Source of the DNA: Octopus sinensis
Taxonomy: Eukaryota
Assembly: GCF_006345805.1 (NCBI RefSeq)
Contig: NW_021832829.1
Location: 372,001-436,000, forward strand
DNA length: 64,000 bases
Direction of reading: 5' to 3'
Shown: piece after piece, positions 63,867-64,000 of the stretch
How positions within the stretch are numbered: the stretch's first letter is position 1
Layout: each line of letters begins with the position of its first letter
Notes under the pieces: model-generated
Seen by the model: the letters and a program-made list of their open reading frames with translations, nothing else
Databases searched by the model: none
What the model was told of the DNA's origin: nothing
Translations under genes and position numbers: made by a program

Positions 63867-64000
63867 CTTTATAAGAATGGAATACTCAATTCGATTGAAA
63901 GTAGGGAGCATGTTAAAATCGAATGACTTGAAATTTTAATAATTAAATAAACATTCATTTTTATTTTTTGTTAAATTCACTCTTAGTAAAACAAGCCATC

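Overview
AT-rich, transposon-dense eukaryotic (ciliated metazoan-type) genomic DNA; no rRNA, CRISPR or prokaryotic features are evident. Host genes are cut by ultra-short GT-AG introns (about 22-33 nt), so the ORF track fragments them or misses them. I reconstructed POLR2K, SLC25A43, ODAD4/TTC25, NELFB, MND1, ORC3 (plus a frameshifted 5' duplicate), a SEPT6-group septin, an SRSF7-like SR protein, an intronless CK1-alpha-like kinase, ECD, MOCS3, a divergent type-I membrane Ig-superfamily protein, an LRR pseudogene and CDK11. Standard genetic code, a cilia gene and roughly 25-nt introns fit a dicyemid-like genome; this is inference and was not verified. Between the genes are about 16 fragments of CRE-clade REL retrotransposons, R4-like, RTE and Jockey-like LINEs, Tc1, pogo/Tigger, hAT, a Ginger-like integrase and a Helitron, often nested. 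Main signals: (1) DNA transposases of three superfamilies (hAT, pogo, Ginger-like) carry host-type 24-31 nt micro-introns whose removal restores catalytic-domain frames; (2) the only long host intron I found (131 nt) is in the SRSF7-like gene, where the poison-exon intron is expected; (3) a Helitron splits a transposase start codon (A^TG); (4) a CRE copy has a 95-bp flanking direct repeat plus a 28-bp templated 5' insert. Coordinates of degenerate TE fragments are approximate.
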